A stretch of 64,000 bases of DNA from a virus, in the IMG/VR virus record IMGVR_UViG_3300035665_003403, positions 1 to 64,000 of that record; one strand, written 5' to 3'. Each line of letters opens with the position of its first letter. The first letter of the stretch is position 1. A program made the translations under genes and the position numbers. A model generated the notes under the pieces. It did not search any database. It was not told the DNA's origin and saw only the letters and a program-made list of their open reading frames with translations. Below, in pieces: positions 1 to 10,348 of the stretch.

Positions 1-16
1 CATATTTTATAAATAT

Positions 17-3000
17 TTAAAACATTCTAATTGGTCTTACTTTATATGATTCATTCTTAAATATACCTGTTGCAGTTCCTGTGTTAGTATTGAAATCCCA
101 AATCCAATATGAATTTGCATTATTTTGTGATGATGATACATAATATGTGTCAGTAAATCCACCACTTACTCCAAAATTAAAATAACTATCCAACGCACCG
201 ACTAATGGAACATTATTCAAATTTGTGTACATAGTGCTTAAATCATCTCTTGATGGTAAAAACCAATCAGAATAACCACCAACAGAATAATTTTCAGTTA
301 ATGTAACGGCAACACCAGATGGGTTACAATCATTAATTGAATAAAAATCAATCAAATTAGTTGAATTTGATTGACCCGAACCAAAATTGGTTGATGTTGA
401 ATAACCATCTAAAGTTATATCATAATTATCACAAGTAACTAAAGACGTTGGTGGTGTAGTTGATGGAGCGAATGGAGCCAATGACCCTAAATCATTTTCA
501 GCGCAAATATAACCCGTTAAACCATCTTGGTTAAGGTAATATATGAATCCACCACCAAATTTTTCACCTATATAATGTAATGGGACAAAAATTGTTACTT
601 GGTTACCATAGGCTGTACCAGCTGAATTTATAGCATATGCTCTAACATAATATGTTTGACCTAACACTAAACCTGTTAATTGACTATTAAATACACCAAT
701 ACCTGTACCATTTGATGTGTTACTATCAGATGTTGTTGGACTTGGGTTTGTTGACCAACAAACACCTCTTTGTATTACTGGTGAACCCCCATCATTACTA
801 ACTTCACCACCACTATCAGCTGTGTTACCAACAGGTAGAGTTTGTAGGTTACTTACAACTGTTGTTATAACAATAGGTAACGATGGTTCTTCTATTACTA
901 TGATATCACCATCATCGTCATCACCAACTTCGTCTTGTTCTGTATCATCAGAACCTATAATTGATATAGTACCTATAAATTCTGAACCACTACTAAATTG
1001 TTCCATATATACTGTATCATAATTAGAAATTAACGGGTCTTCACTACCTAACACTGTTGTGATTACATCAACTGAAGTTGTCGCTGAATTCGGGTTTGGG
1101 TTTTTGTTTCTAATAAATGGGTTATTACCTATAAGAAGACTATATCTTTTATATTGAAATTTTTGACTATCGAATATGGTGTTTGAATAAACACGAGTTG
1201 ACCCCCAAATAGTGGTTGCTGGTATTACCTGCTCAATTAAATCTGACCAATAAGTTCCAATCATGTCAGCAAAATTATTAATAGTGTCGTATGTGATTGA
1301 ATTACTGGTGTCGGCACATAATCCAGATGAATTAATGTATCTGTCATACAATAATCTTAGTGTTGGATATGATTGAAGAGTCTTTCTGTTTCTAACATCA
1401 ATTAATTCAGTTTGTAATACACTAATAAATTCATTAATATCTGTTATACCAGATAATAGTGTTGTTGTTAATTTATCTATTTCTATATCATCATCACCAC
1501 ATCTTGTTATATCACAACACCCTAATGGAATTGATGGGATTCGCTCTATCTTGGTACAAGTAATTTCACCATCACATGAATTAACAGAAAACCCAGATGG
1601 ACATGATATTGAATTAAATTCGGTACCTGACTTATCAGCCGTTGTGAATAATATATATTCATTTAATTGTGATTGTGTCGTTAATCCACTTAGTATGTCT
1701 GGTGTTGTATCATATATCTCAGCTGCAAAAGAGAATGCTGGTAGTGTATTAAAGTTAGCTCCCTCAAGTTCAATTATATTTAAACCAGATACTAAGGTAA
1801 TTGGGAATACATGCCAATTATAAAAATTAGCCCTCCATGCATCTAAATTAACTATTAAATTACCATTTAATTTAAGTCTAACATAATCATCACCAGCTAT
1901 ACCTAAAGAATATACTTTGGTTTCTGGTACATCAATACAAAATGAAAAACCAATAAATTCATTTGCGTCAGCTGCTGGGTTTCCAGATAACCCAGCAAAA
2001 TTTAACCTACCTTTGCTTGGTGATGTTGCTGGGTAGTCACCCCATAGGTTACTAATAACATTTTCTAATATTAGCACAGGTGAGCCACTACCATTATCTT
2101 CTCTAATTGGTCCAAAATTTCCAGCATCACCTAATGGTAATATTAAATTATCGATATTTTCATAAAAATTTGTTCCACCGCTACAGTAAATAATACTAGG
2201 GGCTGCTGTTGCTGCTGTGTATGTTTGACTAAAAGCTGTACCTCCAGTCGTTATTGTTTTTACACAATAATAACTATCTGATGTTAAAGTATAACCTTCG
2301 TTACAACCATAAATTTCTCCATCACAAGTTTTTCCAGTCAATAAACATGGGTTATTGTTAATATAACACATAACATCAGTTTCAATAGCTTTAGCTCCAT
2401 TTACGTTTAAATCGATTTCTTTAGTGTTTATAATTAGTCTAGAATCGTTTAAATTGTAATCAGTTTCTCTAATAAATTTATTTGTTGATAAATTCATTAT
2501 TGAAAAATTTCTATTTGTTGTATTGGAATTTGTGACCCAAGATTTTTTATTATCCACTACTTTAATTATATCAAAACCAAACGGTTTTTCTAATTTAATG
2601 TTTGTTGATTCTAATACGTTACAAGTTTTATTTAGCTTTATATCATCCAATAAAACACAGATATTAGAGCAAGAATTATTTACTTTAATTGTTAATTTTA
2701 TTTTTTTACCGTTTATTTCAGATAAAATACTTTCATCTGAAATTCTAAACGAATAATTTAACCAATTTGAATTAAATACTTTATTATTTAAACTTGTTTT
2801 AAATAAATCAAATCCATTAGTTAAACCAGATAATCCAGATTGTAAAAATAAAGTATCAACAAGGTTATTTATTGGTATATTACAATTTAATGGGTTTTTA
2901 CCAAAAATATCAACTGATGTGCATCCAGTATTTTGTTGACTATCTGAACCACAAATATGAAATCCGCTATAATCTTGAGTTTTTGTCAAATAATTATATA

Positions 3001-3532
3001 ATAAACCATTACCTATTGGGGTAAATAGAGTATCTTCATAAACTGTAATATACTTATCACCAATTGTTGTTGAACTTAGTACATCAATGGTTACATCAAC
3101 ATTTAATGTTTCTAAAATTTGAGATGGAGTGGTGCAATTTTCAAAATTGTTTGTTAAATTATCAATGAATGATTGACAATCTAATTTAAATAAATAATTA
3201 AAATTAATGTCTAAAAAACAATTATCATTATTAGTAAATTCAAATAAAGAACCATCGTTTTCATTTGAATTTATAATAACTTTAAATCCATTAGTTATAT
3301 CACACACAGTATCAATTGGCTGGGCGTATCTACAAGTTTGGTTTTCTGAATCATAATAAAAATTAGGGTGTAAATATTCACAATAAAATTTTTGAATAAA
3401 ATACGGTTTTAACCCACCACTACCATTTGGTGTAAAAATAGATATTGTACCATCTAAATTAAAGATTATTTGATTACCTGAATTTATTAGGTTATCAATA
3501 ATTTGGTTACTAAATTGTTCGATTAGACTCAT
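17..3532 (-). CDS. Multidomain virion/baseplate-peripheral protein (PA14-like, FN3-like and C-terminal DUF1566/Lcl C-type-lectin-like domains)
   Basis: 1171-aa ORF. GIAGDDYVRLKLNG...LVSGLNIIELEG resembles PA14; SGGEVSNDGGSPVIQRGVCWST...YYVRAYAINSAGTAYG is the Bacteroidota-type FN3-like module; IGEKFGGGFIYY...YSDWFLPSRDDL...VRPIRMF resembles DUF1566. Last gene of a tightly coupled baseplate operon. Confidence 0.65.
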   Translation of the reverse strand: MSLIEQFSNQIIDNLINSGNQIIFNLDGTISIFTPNGSGGLKPYFIQKFYCEYLHPNFYYDSENQTCRYAQPIDTVCDITNGFKVIINSNENDGSLFEFTNNDNCFLDINFNYLFKLDCQSFIDNLTNNFENCTTPSQILETLNVDVTIDVLSSTTIGDKYITVYEDTLFTPIGNGLLYNYLTKTQDYSGFHICGSDSQQNTGCTSVDIFGKNPLNCNIPINNLVDTLFLQSGLSGLTNGFDLFKTSLNNKVFNSNWLNYSFRISDESILSEINGKKIKLTIKVNNSCSNICVLLDDIKLNKTCNVLESTNIKLEKPFGFDIIKVVDNKKSWVTNSNTTNRNFSIMNLSTNKFIRETDYNLNDSRLIINTKEIDLNVNGAKAIETDVMCYINNNPCLLTGKTCDGEIYGCNEGYTLTSDSYYCVKTITTGGTAFSQTYTAATAAPSIIYCSGGTNFYENIDNLILPLGDAGNFGPIREDNGSGSPVLILENVISNLWGDYPATSPSKGRLNFAGLSGNPAADANEFIGFSFCIDVPETKVYSLGIAGDDYVRLKLNGNLIVNLDAWRANFYNWHVFPITLVSGLNIIELEGANFNTLPAFSFAAEIYDTTPDILSGLTTQSQLNEYILFTTADKSGTEFNSISCPSGFSVNSCDGEITCTKIERIPSIPLGCCDITRCGDDDIEIDKLTTTLLSGITDINEFISVLQTELIDVRNRKTLQSYPTLRLLYDRYINSSGLCADTSNSITYDTINNFADMIGTYWSDLIEQVIPATTIWGSTRVYSNTIFDSQKFQYKRYSLLIGNNPFIRNKNPNPNSATTSVDVITTVLGSEDPLISNYDTVYMEQFSSGSEFIGTISIIGSDDTEQDEVGDDDDGDIIVIEEPSLPIVITTVVSNLQTLPVGNTADSGGEVSNDGGSPVIQRGVCWSTNPSPTTSDSNTSNGTGIGVFNSQLTGLVLGQTYYVRAYAINSAGTAYGNQVTIFVPLHYIGEKFGGGFIYYLNQDGLTGYICAENDLGSLAPFAPSTTPPTSLVTCDNYDITLDGYSTSTNFGSGQSNSTNLIDFYSINDCNPSGVAVTLTENYSVGGYSDWFLPSRDDLSTMYTNLNNVPLVGALDSYFNFGVSGGFTDTYYVSSSQNNANSYWIWDFNTNTGTATGIFKNESYKVRPIRMF

Positions 3533-6177
3533 CCTTGATAAATATCAGTACATCCAATTATTTTTGATGGTCTTCTCAAATAAGTATTTATTATTATACT
3601 AGTTGATGTGTCAGATAGGTCGGTAAAACCAGCTTGTGTTATTTTACAACCATAACCAACCTGACCATCAAATGGGTCAACAATACCAGGTATTGGTATT
3701 GTTAAATTTGGGATACAATTTGAACCATCTGGTGTTACTACTTTAAATGAAGAGTCTTGTCTTGAAAATTTCAAATATAAGTCACCATTTATATTTATAT
3801 CATCATCAGTTGGGTTTACTTTCCAGCTACAACCAACATAAGAGCCACATAATTGTGATGAATCGCAACAAATATAACCTGAATTTATAATTGTTTCACT
3901 CAAAACCGCAGTACCAAATGTATCATACATAAATGGTGTTCCATTATTTAATAAACAACATTCTTGAGATGTATATTTAGAAGTTCTTAACACTAAAGAA
4001 CCATTTTCATAATATGGTGTACCATCTGAATTGTACTGATAATATTGGAATATTAATACCCCTTGTACTTCGTTACCGTTTTCATCAAATGGTGTTGTAC
4101 CAGCCATATTAACACAAGGTGTTTCTTGGTTATTATTAGCATCCTTAGATATACAAATACTAAGTGATTTATTTATTGACGTGTTGTCACAACCACATTC
4201 ATTTTTTGAATCATGAACTGGGTTATCAATTAACATTGGTTCAATGACTAGGCAACCATCCAAATCAAATCCATTTAATGTAGAGCTATTAACATATGTT
4301 TCTCCACTATAATTATTAATACTACCAAAATTATAATTATAAAATAATTCATCAACAACCTCAGTTATTGTTTCACTAGTTAATGTTAATCCAGAATAGT
4401 TTGGAATTATATTTGTAAATTGACTCAAATACTTACTACCTCTATCATATGGTCCAACGTGTGGGTTATTACCACTATTTTTATCGATAGTAGGTTGTAG
4501 CCCACCAGTTTCTCTATACCATAATCCATTACCTTGGAAGTAAAATTCATCTGAATCTATTGGTTTTGGGTATCCATTGATATCTACTGGGTATAATGAT
4601 AAATCGGTACTAAGATTATTCAATGATAAAATGCTATTAAAATAATCCATATCGATTTTATTTTTAGCTAAATAGTGATATTCATTAAAATCAATTAAAC
4701 CATTTGGTGTCCCAATCATCTTGAATAAAAATTCCACACTCTTTCTAGTACCTTTTGACTTCCAAATCCAAGGTGCATTTAAAACCAATCTTCTCCAAAA
4801 TTCAATTTCTGATTCAGCTGGAGTTAAACCATAAGTTTGTCCAGAATATGTTGATTTACTTACGGAAGTATATGAATTTAATAAATTGGTGTAATCAACC
4901 ATAGATGGGATTGCATCCCAACCCATATTTCTGGCTATATTTTTAACATTTAAATCTGGGGTATTATCTAACTTATCATATGAAATACTATTTGCTATGG
5001 ATATTCCATATATTAGTTGATTCATATCATCAAATGACCTACCATATATTGCTAATAATTTACTTATCTTTTGACCATCATCATCGTTAATTGTGTTTAA
5101 AACTATAGGTAAAGTATCGAATTCACTTATTGAGTTAGAAACTAGGAATCTTCTAATTAAATTTGAGGATTCTAAATCCGATTTTTCAGATAAATTTAGT
5201 AGTTTATTTGCATAATCAGTATAATCTGTTGTTTGATAATCTAGATTATAACCATCAAAAACTGGCCATGTTATATTTTCTATTGTATACAATAAAACAC
5301 CACTATTAGATACCATTGGTATTGAAAATGATGCTCTATATAATGGGATTGATTGTCTATTCAATAAATGTTTCTCAAATACAGATAAACTATTGAAAAA
5401 CTTATTACATTGGATATCGTTTGGTTTAATATGAAAATAACTTGAGCCTGAAACACCAGAAAATGGATTTCCATTAACCTGTATTGTTAAATAATCATTA
5501 TTTAGTGATGTTGCACCAGTAAAATTAGTTATAGGGTATTCAATATTATTGATTAAAACACTATAAGAAGCATAATTTACTGAAATATTTCTTAATGAAT
5601 TTTCGTTTGTAAACGAATTTAATACTTCACCATCAATTAAAAAATTAATACCATACTGATTAGATATATTATTAGTTGGGACTGTAAATGAAGCTGTGTT
5701 TGTTGTTAAATCAAACGAATAATTATTGTATGTTGTACCAGTTATAACACCAATACCAGTTGTTGTGTTTATAATTGGTGTTACATATAAGGAAGCTGGC
5801 CAATTTAAAATTATTTTTTCTAAAGAAACTCTAACAAATTCTGTTAATGACCCAAATAATGCGTAATTTTGTAATTTAGTGTTATCTAAATTTAGTGAAT
5901 ATTTAAAATTGTTATCTAATATGGTTATTGTTTCACTTATTGTTGAATCTAATGTGGTTAATGATTCAAAATTAGAAAAACTTGTTGTTGCGTAATTTTT
6001 ATCTTTTTTTTTAGATAAATTTGTTGTAACAACAAATGAACCTACAGAAAATTGTGGTGTGTTTTCACTATTAGTGAATTGTAAACCAACCACATCAGTT
6101 GAAAATGGACGATATTCTATATTATCGTTAAAAAATACTCTTTTGGCGTAACCTGGTACCCTTATTCTATTAGACAT
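3529..6177 (-). CDS. Baseplate wedge protein (P2 gpI / T4 gp7-like segment)
   Basis: 882-aa ORF with LDNTPD...NIARNMGW and WRRLVLNAPWIWKSKGTRKSVEFLFKMIG, the KGT motif typical of gpI/gp7-like wedge proteins; baseplate operon context. Confidence 0.6.
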   Translation of the reverse strand: MSNRIRVPGYAKRVFFNDNIEYRPFSTDVVGLQFTNSENTPQFSVGSFVVTTNLSKKKDKNYATTSFSNFESLTTLDSTISETITILDNNFKYSLNLDNTKLQNYALFGSLTEFVRVSLEKIILNWPASLYVTPIINTTTGIGVITGTTYNNYSFDLTTNTASFTVPTNNISNQYGINFLIDGEVLNSFTNENSLRNISVNYASYSVLINNIEYPITNFTGATSLNNDYLTIQVNGNPFSGVSGSSYFHIKPNDIQCNKFFNSLSVFEKHLLNRQSIPLYRASFSIPMVSNSGVLLYTIENITWPVFDGYNLDYQTTDYTDYANKLLNLSEKSDLESSNLIRRFLVSNSISEFDTLPIVLNTINDDDGQKISKLLAIYGRSFDDMNQLIYGISIANSISYDKLDNTPDLNVKNIARNMGWDAIPSMVDYTNLLNSYTSVSKSTYSGQTYGLTPAESEIEFWRRLVLNAPWIWKSKGTRKSVEFLFKMIGTPNGLIDFNEYHYLAKNKIDMDYFNSILSLNNLSTDLSLYPVDINGYPKPIDSDEFYFQGNGLWYRETGGLQPTIDKNSGNNPHVGPYDRGSKYLSQFTNIIPNYSGLTLTSETITEVVDELFYNYNFGSINNYSGETYVNSSTLNGFDLDGCLVIEPMLIDNPVHDSKNECGCDNTSINKSLSICISKDANNNQETPCVNMAGTTPFDENGNEVQGVLIFQYYQYNSDGTPYYENGSLVLRTSKYTSQECCLLNNGTPFMYDTFGTAVLSETIINSGYICCDSSQLCGSYVGCSWKVNPTDDDININGDLYLKFSRQDSSFKVVTPDGSNCIPNLTIPIPGIVDPFDGQVGYGCKITQAGFTDLSDTSTSIIINTYLRRPSKIIGCTDIYQG

Positions 6178-7084
6178 TTATTATTGCATTAAAGTTTTTA
6201 GTAAAATCAATATTAGCTCTTTCTTCCCTTACTTCAAATAATGGTTTTCCATTAAAAGAATCTTTTATCTCAAATAAATTATATTGCTTGTAAATCTGAT
6301 TATTGTTATTATAAATGGTGTAAATACCATCATCAATTGATTTACTTTGATTACCAAATAAACCATATGATAAAGTTTCAATATCTTGGTCTACCATTTC
6401 CAATTCGATAACTAATGGGTTAAAAAATGTATTTGTTAAAATAACATTTTGGTTTGGTTGACCAATAAATGGAAAATCATTTGGTTTAACATTTGGTGCA
6501 GAACTTGGTGATACAGTACAGAAAACCAAAGATGAGTTATCATTAAATCTATACCTTATAGCTTTTTGGTTGCTATTTGTTAAATTTTGATTTACAGCCT
6601 CACTTCTATTATTTGACGTTATTATCCTAAATAGATTAGGAATCTTAGTATCGGATGAATTATTTTCATTCAAATACTCAATTCTATAACCAATTAACCC
6701 ATTATTTTCAAATTTATCAACCAAATCTGTTGGTACATTTGCTAAATCAAATAATATTCCCTTTATATTTGGATATGCTGATAAAACACCAACATCTGTA
6801 ATTTTTAATCTTATTTCTAATGGTTTTATAATTATAGTGTAAATTCCCTTTGCTGAAAATTCACTAACTGGTAGTCTTAAAGTGTATAAACCACCAAAAG
6901 CTTCAAACGTAACTCCAGTACCCCTATTTGGGTTATTTACCTTAGTTAACACATTATTTGAATCTAACTTAATCAAATTTGTGTTACCAATAACACTTCT
7001 AGATTGTGAATAATGATAAAAAATTTCCACATCTGATGGTGATACATCAGCACCTCTAACATTTCCTACTGTTCCTGTTGCCAT
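6170..7084 (-). CDS. Putative virion structural protein
   Basis: 304-aa ORF overlapping its downstream neighbour in the baseplate operon; no catalytic motif seen. Confidence 0.5.
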   Translation of the reverse strand: MATGTVGNVRGADVSPSDVEIFYHYSQSRSVIGNTNLIKLDSNNVLTKVNNPNRGTGVTFEAFGGLYTLRLPVSEFSAKGIYTIIIKPLEIRLKITDVGVLSAYPNIKGILFDLANVPTDLVDKFENNGLIGYRIEYLNENNSSDTKIPNLFRIITSNNRSEAVNQNLTNSNQKAIRYRFNDNSSLVFCTVSPSSAPNVKPNDFPFIGQPNQNVILTNTFFNPLVIELEMVDQDIETLSYGLFGNQSKSIDDGIYTIYNNNNQIYKQYNLFEIKDSFNGKPLFEVREERANIDFTKNFNAIINV

Positions 7085-7087
7085 AAT

Positions 7088-7849
7088 TTAAAATTTAAAA
7101 ATATTGTAATATTCTCCATTATATCTAACCAAATCGTTCAAACTATTTATTTCAGATAATCTAATGTGTGGTTCAAATACGTTTATTTTTCCTCTATCAA
7201 TAAATACATCGGAATTAACTTCTGGTTGTGCTGTGATACCAAATAAATATTCTTCTTTAGTTAATGCTGATAATTCACTATTTGTTTGATTAAACCCTTG
7301 TCCGCTATAAATTATATTTGTTATTGTATTATTCAAAAAATTTGTACTACCTGAAATATCTGAATACAATATACCATATGTTTGACCAGTAGTACCGATT
7401 AATGGGTCGAAATTATTAGCATCTATGGTATAAATGATGTTTGGTGTTGTTGATATTACTTTATTTACCCCATCAATCAAATTACCATCAAAAGTTTGAT
7501 ATTGTTCTGAAGTTATATTTACATTTGGTTGATACTTACTATTTTCATCATATGAAGTAACAAGTTCAATCTTTGAATCTGTAATATAGTTAATAACAGA
7601 ATTATTTTTTGAATAAAAATCACTATTATTGGCATTTATTGACCTTGTTACGAAATCAAAATTTGAAAATAATGATTGTAATTTAGCCTTTTCATAAACT
7701 TCATCAGTAAATAACCCCATATCATCAAATGATTGATTTATAAAGATATTAAATGAAAAAGTAGTAGCTGTTATACTTCCATAATTATCACTAAAATCAC
7801 GCCTATCGATATAGTTTTCTAATAATATTTTTCGTTTTATAAAGTCCAT
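7088..7849 (-). CDS. Putative virion structural protein
   Basis: 253-aa ORF, translationally coupled in the baseplate operon; C-terminal PEVNSDVFIDRGK motif. Confidence 0.5.
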   Translation of the reverse strand: MDFIKRKILLENYIDRRDFSDNYGSITATTFSFNIFINQSFDDMGLFTDEVYEKAKLQSLFSNFDFVTRSINANNSDFYSKNNSVINYITDSKIELVTSYDENSKYQPNVNITSEQYQTFDGNLIDGVNKVISTTPNIIYTIDANNFDPLIGTTGQTYGILYSDISGSTNFLNNTITNIIYSGQGFNQTNSELSALTKEEYLFGITAQPEVNSDVFIDRGKINVFEPHIRLSEINSLNDLVRYNGEYYNIFKF

Positions 7850-8661
7850 TACAGTGTTTGTGCTTGAAATAATAATAAATTCAAATCATTACCTGAATAA
7901 TTAACGTTATTTGAATAGTTATCATCTATCTTATAAGTATATTTAAATGATGTTTTTATTAAATCATATTTTGTATATAATTTATCGTTTAATTCAGATA
8001 TTATTTGTGGTGTTGATACAGTTGATAAAATTATCGATTTACCTGTCTTTAAATTATTGAAGACAGCTTTCATGTATAATGAATTAACCACATCTGTTAT
8101 GTCATCTTTAAAATAATATAAAAAATAACCATCATGTTCACCTCTTGGTCTAGTTGATGGGTTTGATAAGGTGAATTTTACTTGAATTTGATTTGCTGGT
8201 TTAACAAAACCAACTGATGGTAAAGTTACATATAAATCATTTAAAGTTAATTTAGGGTATAATACAATATTAAATAATTCATTCTGATTTAATGCATTAT
8301 CTGAATCATAAAAAGTTAATGTTAAATTAGAGTTGGTAAAAACATTTTTTTTCATGGATAAATCAGAATCTGAAAATCCAATGTCACCATAAGTAACTTG
8401 AGTCATAACATTATTTATTAATAAAAATATATTATAAGTAATGTTATCGATAAACGTTAAATCTAAATTAACTGGATGTATTCTTACTTTTTCGTAATCA
8501 ACAATTTCATTTATGTGGTTATTAACTTCTTTTGGCACAAAAACACTATCAATCAAATCATCTTGGTCTATTATACCAAAATTATTTTTAATATTCAATT
8601 GAATATTAATAGTATCCCCAGAAAACTGGTTTTGATTTATTGTTAGTTTATTAGCAAACAT
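7849..8661 (-). CDS. Putative virion structural protein
   Basis: 270-aa ORF overlapping both neighbours. Confidence 0.5.
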   Translation of the reverse strand: MFANKLTINQNQFSGDTINIQLNIKNNFGIIDQDDLIDSVFVPKEVNNHINEIVDYEKVRIHPVNLDLTFIDNITYNIFLLINNVMTQVTYGDIGFSDSDLSMKKNVFTNSNLTLTFYDSDNALNQNELFNIVLYPKLTLNDLYVTLPSVGFVKPANQIQVKFTLSNPSTRPRGEHDGYFLYYFKDDITDVVNSLYMKAVFNNLKTGKSIILSTVSTPQIISELNDKLYTKYDLIKTSFKYTYKIDDNYSNNVNYSGNDLNLLLFQAQTL

Positions 8662-10348
8662 CGTCTGAATTATTTACCACAAAATTATTATTACCAATAT
8701 TAACACCAATTGGGTCTGGGATTGTTGGGCCACTAAAATATAATCCCCATAAATTAAATGGGTCTTGTCTTTTTAGTATAACATTAAAATTATTATAAAT
8801 GTAATGACACCCATTTATAAAAGGAAAATCCAATTTTTCTGATAATACGTTTTTATCACCTACATTTAGTAAATCTCTCCAAACATATTTACCATTACCT
8901 AAATCTGTATAATAACTTGGTATATTAACTGTTAGTTCATCACCTTCTTCTATATAATCAGAAAATTCTCGTATTTTAATTAAATGATGAGCCTTATAAT
9001 AATAACCTTCATTTCTTGGACCTAATGCGAATAATACACCAGTACTTTTTTCCCTTATATTTGTATTAAATCTATGATGTACCTCGGATAATGTTATTTC
9101 CTTTAAAGTTTTCACATTATATTCAACTATATCACCATAAAATTTTGTGTCGTTTATAGTTATATTGTTTTCTAATGCATCATAACTTATAAAAGGTAAA
9201 TTATTTATATTACCATGTATTTTATTTATAATTGGTATCTGTCTTAAAGATGAATTTATTTGACCATCGTTTAGAGTTTGTATATAATTTGTTTCAATTC
9301 CAGATGATAAGTTAGTGAATTTGCTTTTGCTATCTGTTTTAATTAATGTTAAATATAATTCACTAATAGGTCTACCTAAATTATCAATTAAATTTGTTGT
9401 ATCAATATCATCATTAACAACAAATTGAAAAACATCATCATCATAAATTGTTTTTGTAAAAGCAGCTTTATAAATATCAAAAGAATCCTCACTTAAAATA
9501 ACTGAATTTACTGTTGATACTTTTTCAAATATTCTAAAATAGTATTTTGATTCAAAACCATCAATTATTTTAACAAATCTAGTGTTTGAATTTATTGAAA
9601 TACCAAATAGTGGTATATCGATTGAAAAATAATTATCTTTTAATGACCCATCTTCTAATCCAACACTTTTAACCTCATGTATTGAATTATAATTTGTTGA
9701 CGTTTGATTAGTTGCATTTTTTAATAAAATTAAATCACCAACTTTTAAATTGTGTTTTATTGGACAACATAATGAAATCATATTCTTATTTGCCACTATA
9801 ATTGGTGTCCTATTTATAATTAATAATCCACCATTTATCAAATAGTGCGTATCGTCCATACTAGATGGGTAAGTTATCATTAAATCCCAATTTTTTACAT
9901 TAGAATTATTTGTATCTATAGTAAATGAAAAACTATTTCTATTTGGTTCCATATCAACAAATCTACATGGTTGATTTGCTGCTCTTGTTGGGTCAAAATA
10001 TCCAAACCAACCATTTATCTCTTTTAAATTATCTGAAACTGAATTCTCAAAAGAATCCGCATTAAAATCTGCATTATCAAAATAATTTAATGTCCCATTT
10101 TTTGATTCGTCACTCATATTAAATAATGGATTTGAAATCAATGGGGAAATATTACCAATTAATCTATATTTGTTTGAAGAATTTCTTTCAGAATTAAATT
10201 GTTCATTTAAATTAACTGAATGATTAATATCATTCTTTTGCAATGTTAGTAATTCTTGATTTAACTCAACCTTTATAAAAGTGTCTTGATTTAAAGAACT
10301 TTTAGATTCCTTACTACCTAATATTTGTTTTATTCTATTTATTGACAC
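8651..10348 (-). CDS. Putative virion structural protein
   Basis: 565-aa ORF overlapping both neighbours; C-terminal GKYVWRDLL...DFPFINGCHY. Confidence 0.5.
   Translation of the reverse strand: MSINRIKQILGSKESKSSLNQDTFIKVELNQELLTLQKNDINHSVNLNEQFNSERNSSNKYRLIGNISPLISNPLFNMSDESKNGTLNYFDNADFNADSFENSVSDNLKEINGWFGYFDPTRAANQPCRFVDMEPNRNSFSFTIDTNNSNVKNWDLMITYPSSMDDTHYLINGGLLIINRTPIIVANKNMISLCCPIKHNLKVGDLILLKNATNQTSTNYNSIHEVKSVGLEDGSLKDNYFSIDIPLFGISINSNTRFVKIIDGFESKYYFRIFEKVSTVNSVILSEDSFDIYKAAFTKTIYDDDVFQFVVNDDIDTTNLIDNLGRPISELYLTLIKTDSKSKFTNLSSGIETNYIQTLNDGQINSSLRQIPIINKIHGNINNLPFISYDALENNITINDTKFYGDIVEYNVKTLKEITLSEVHHRFNTNIREKSTGVLFALGPRNEGYYYKAHHLIKIREFSDYIEEGDELTVNIPSYYTDLGNGKYVWRDLLNVGDKNVLSEKLDFPFINGCHYIYNNFNVILKRQDPFNLWGLYFSGPTIPDPIGVNIGNNNFVVNNSDDVC

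Noticed and set aside
17-150. Complete diversity-generating retroelement
   Set aside because: Only a plausible target fold is present; no template repeat or reverse transcriptase was found in the window.
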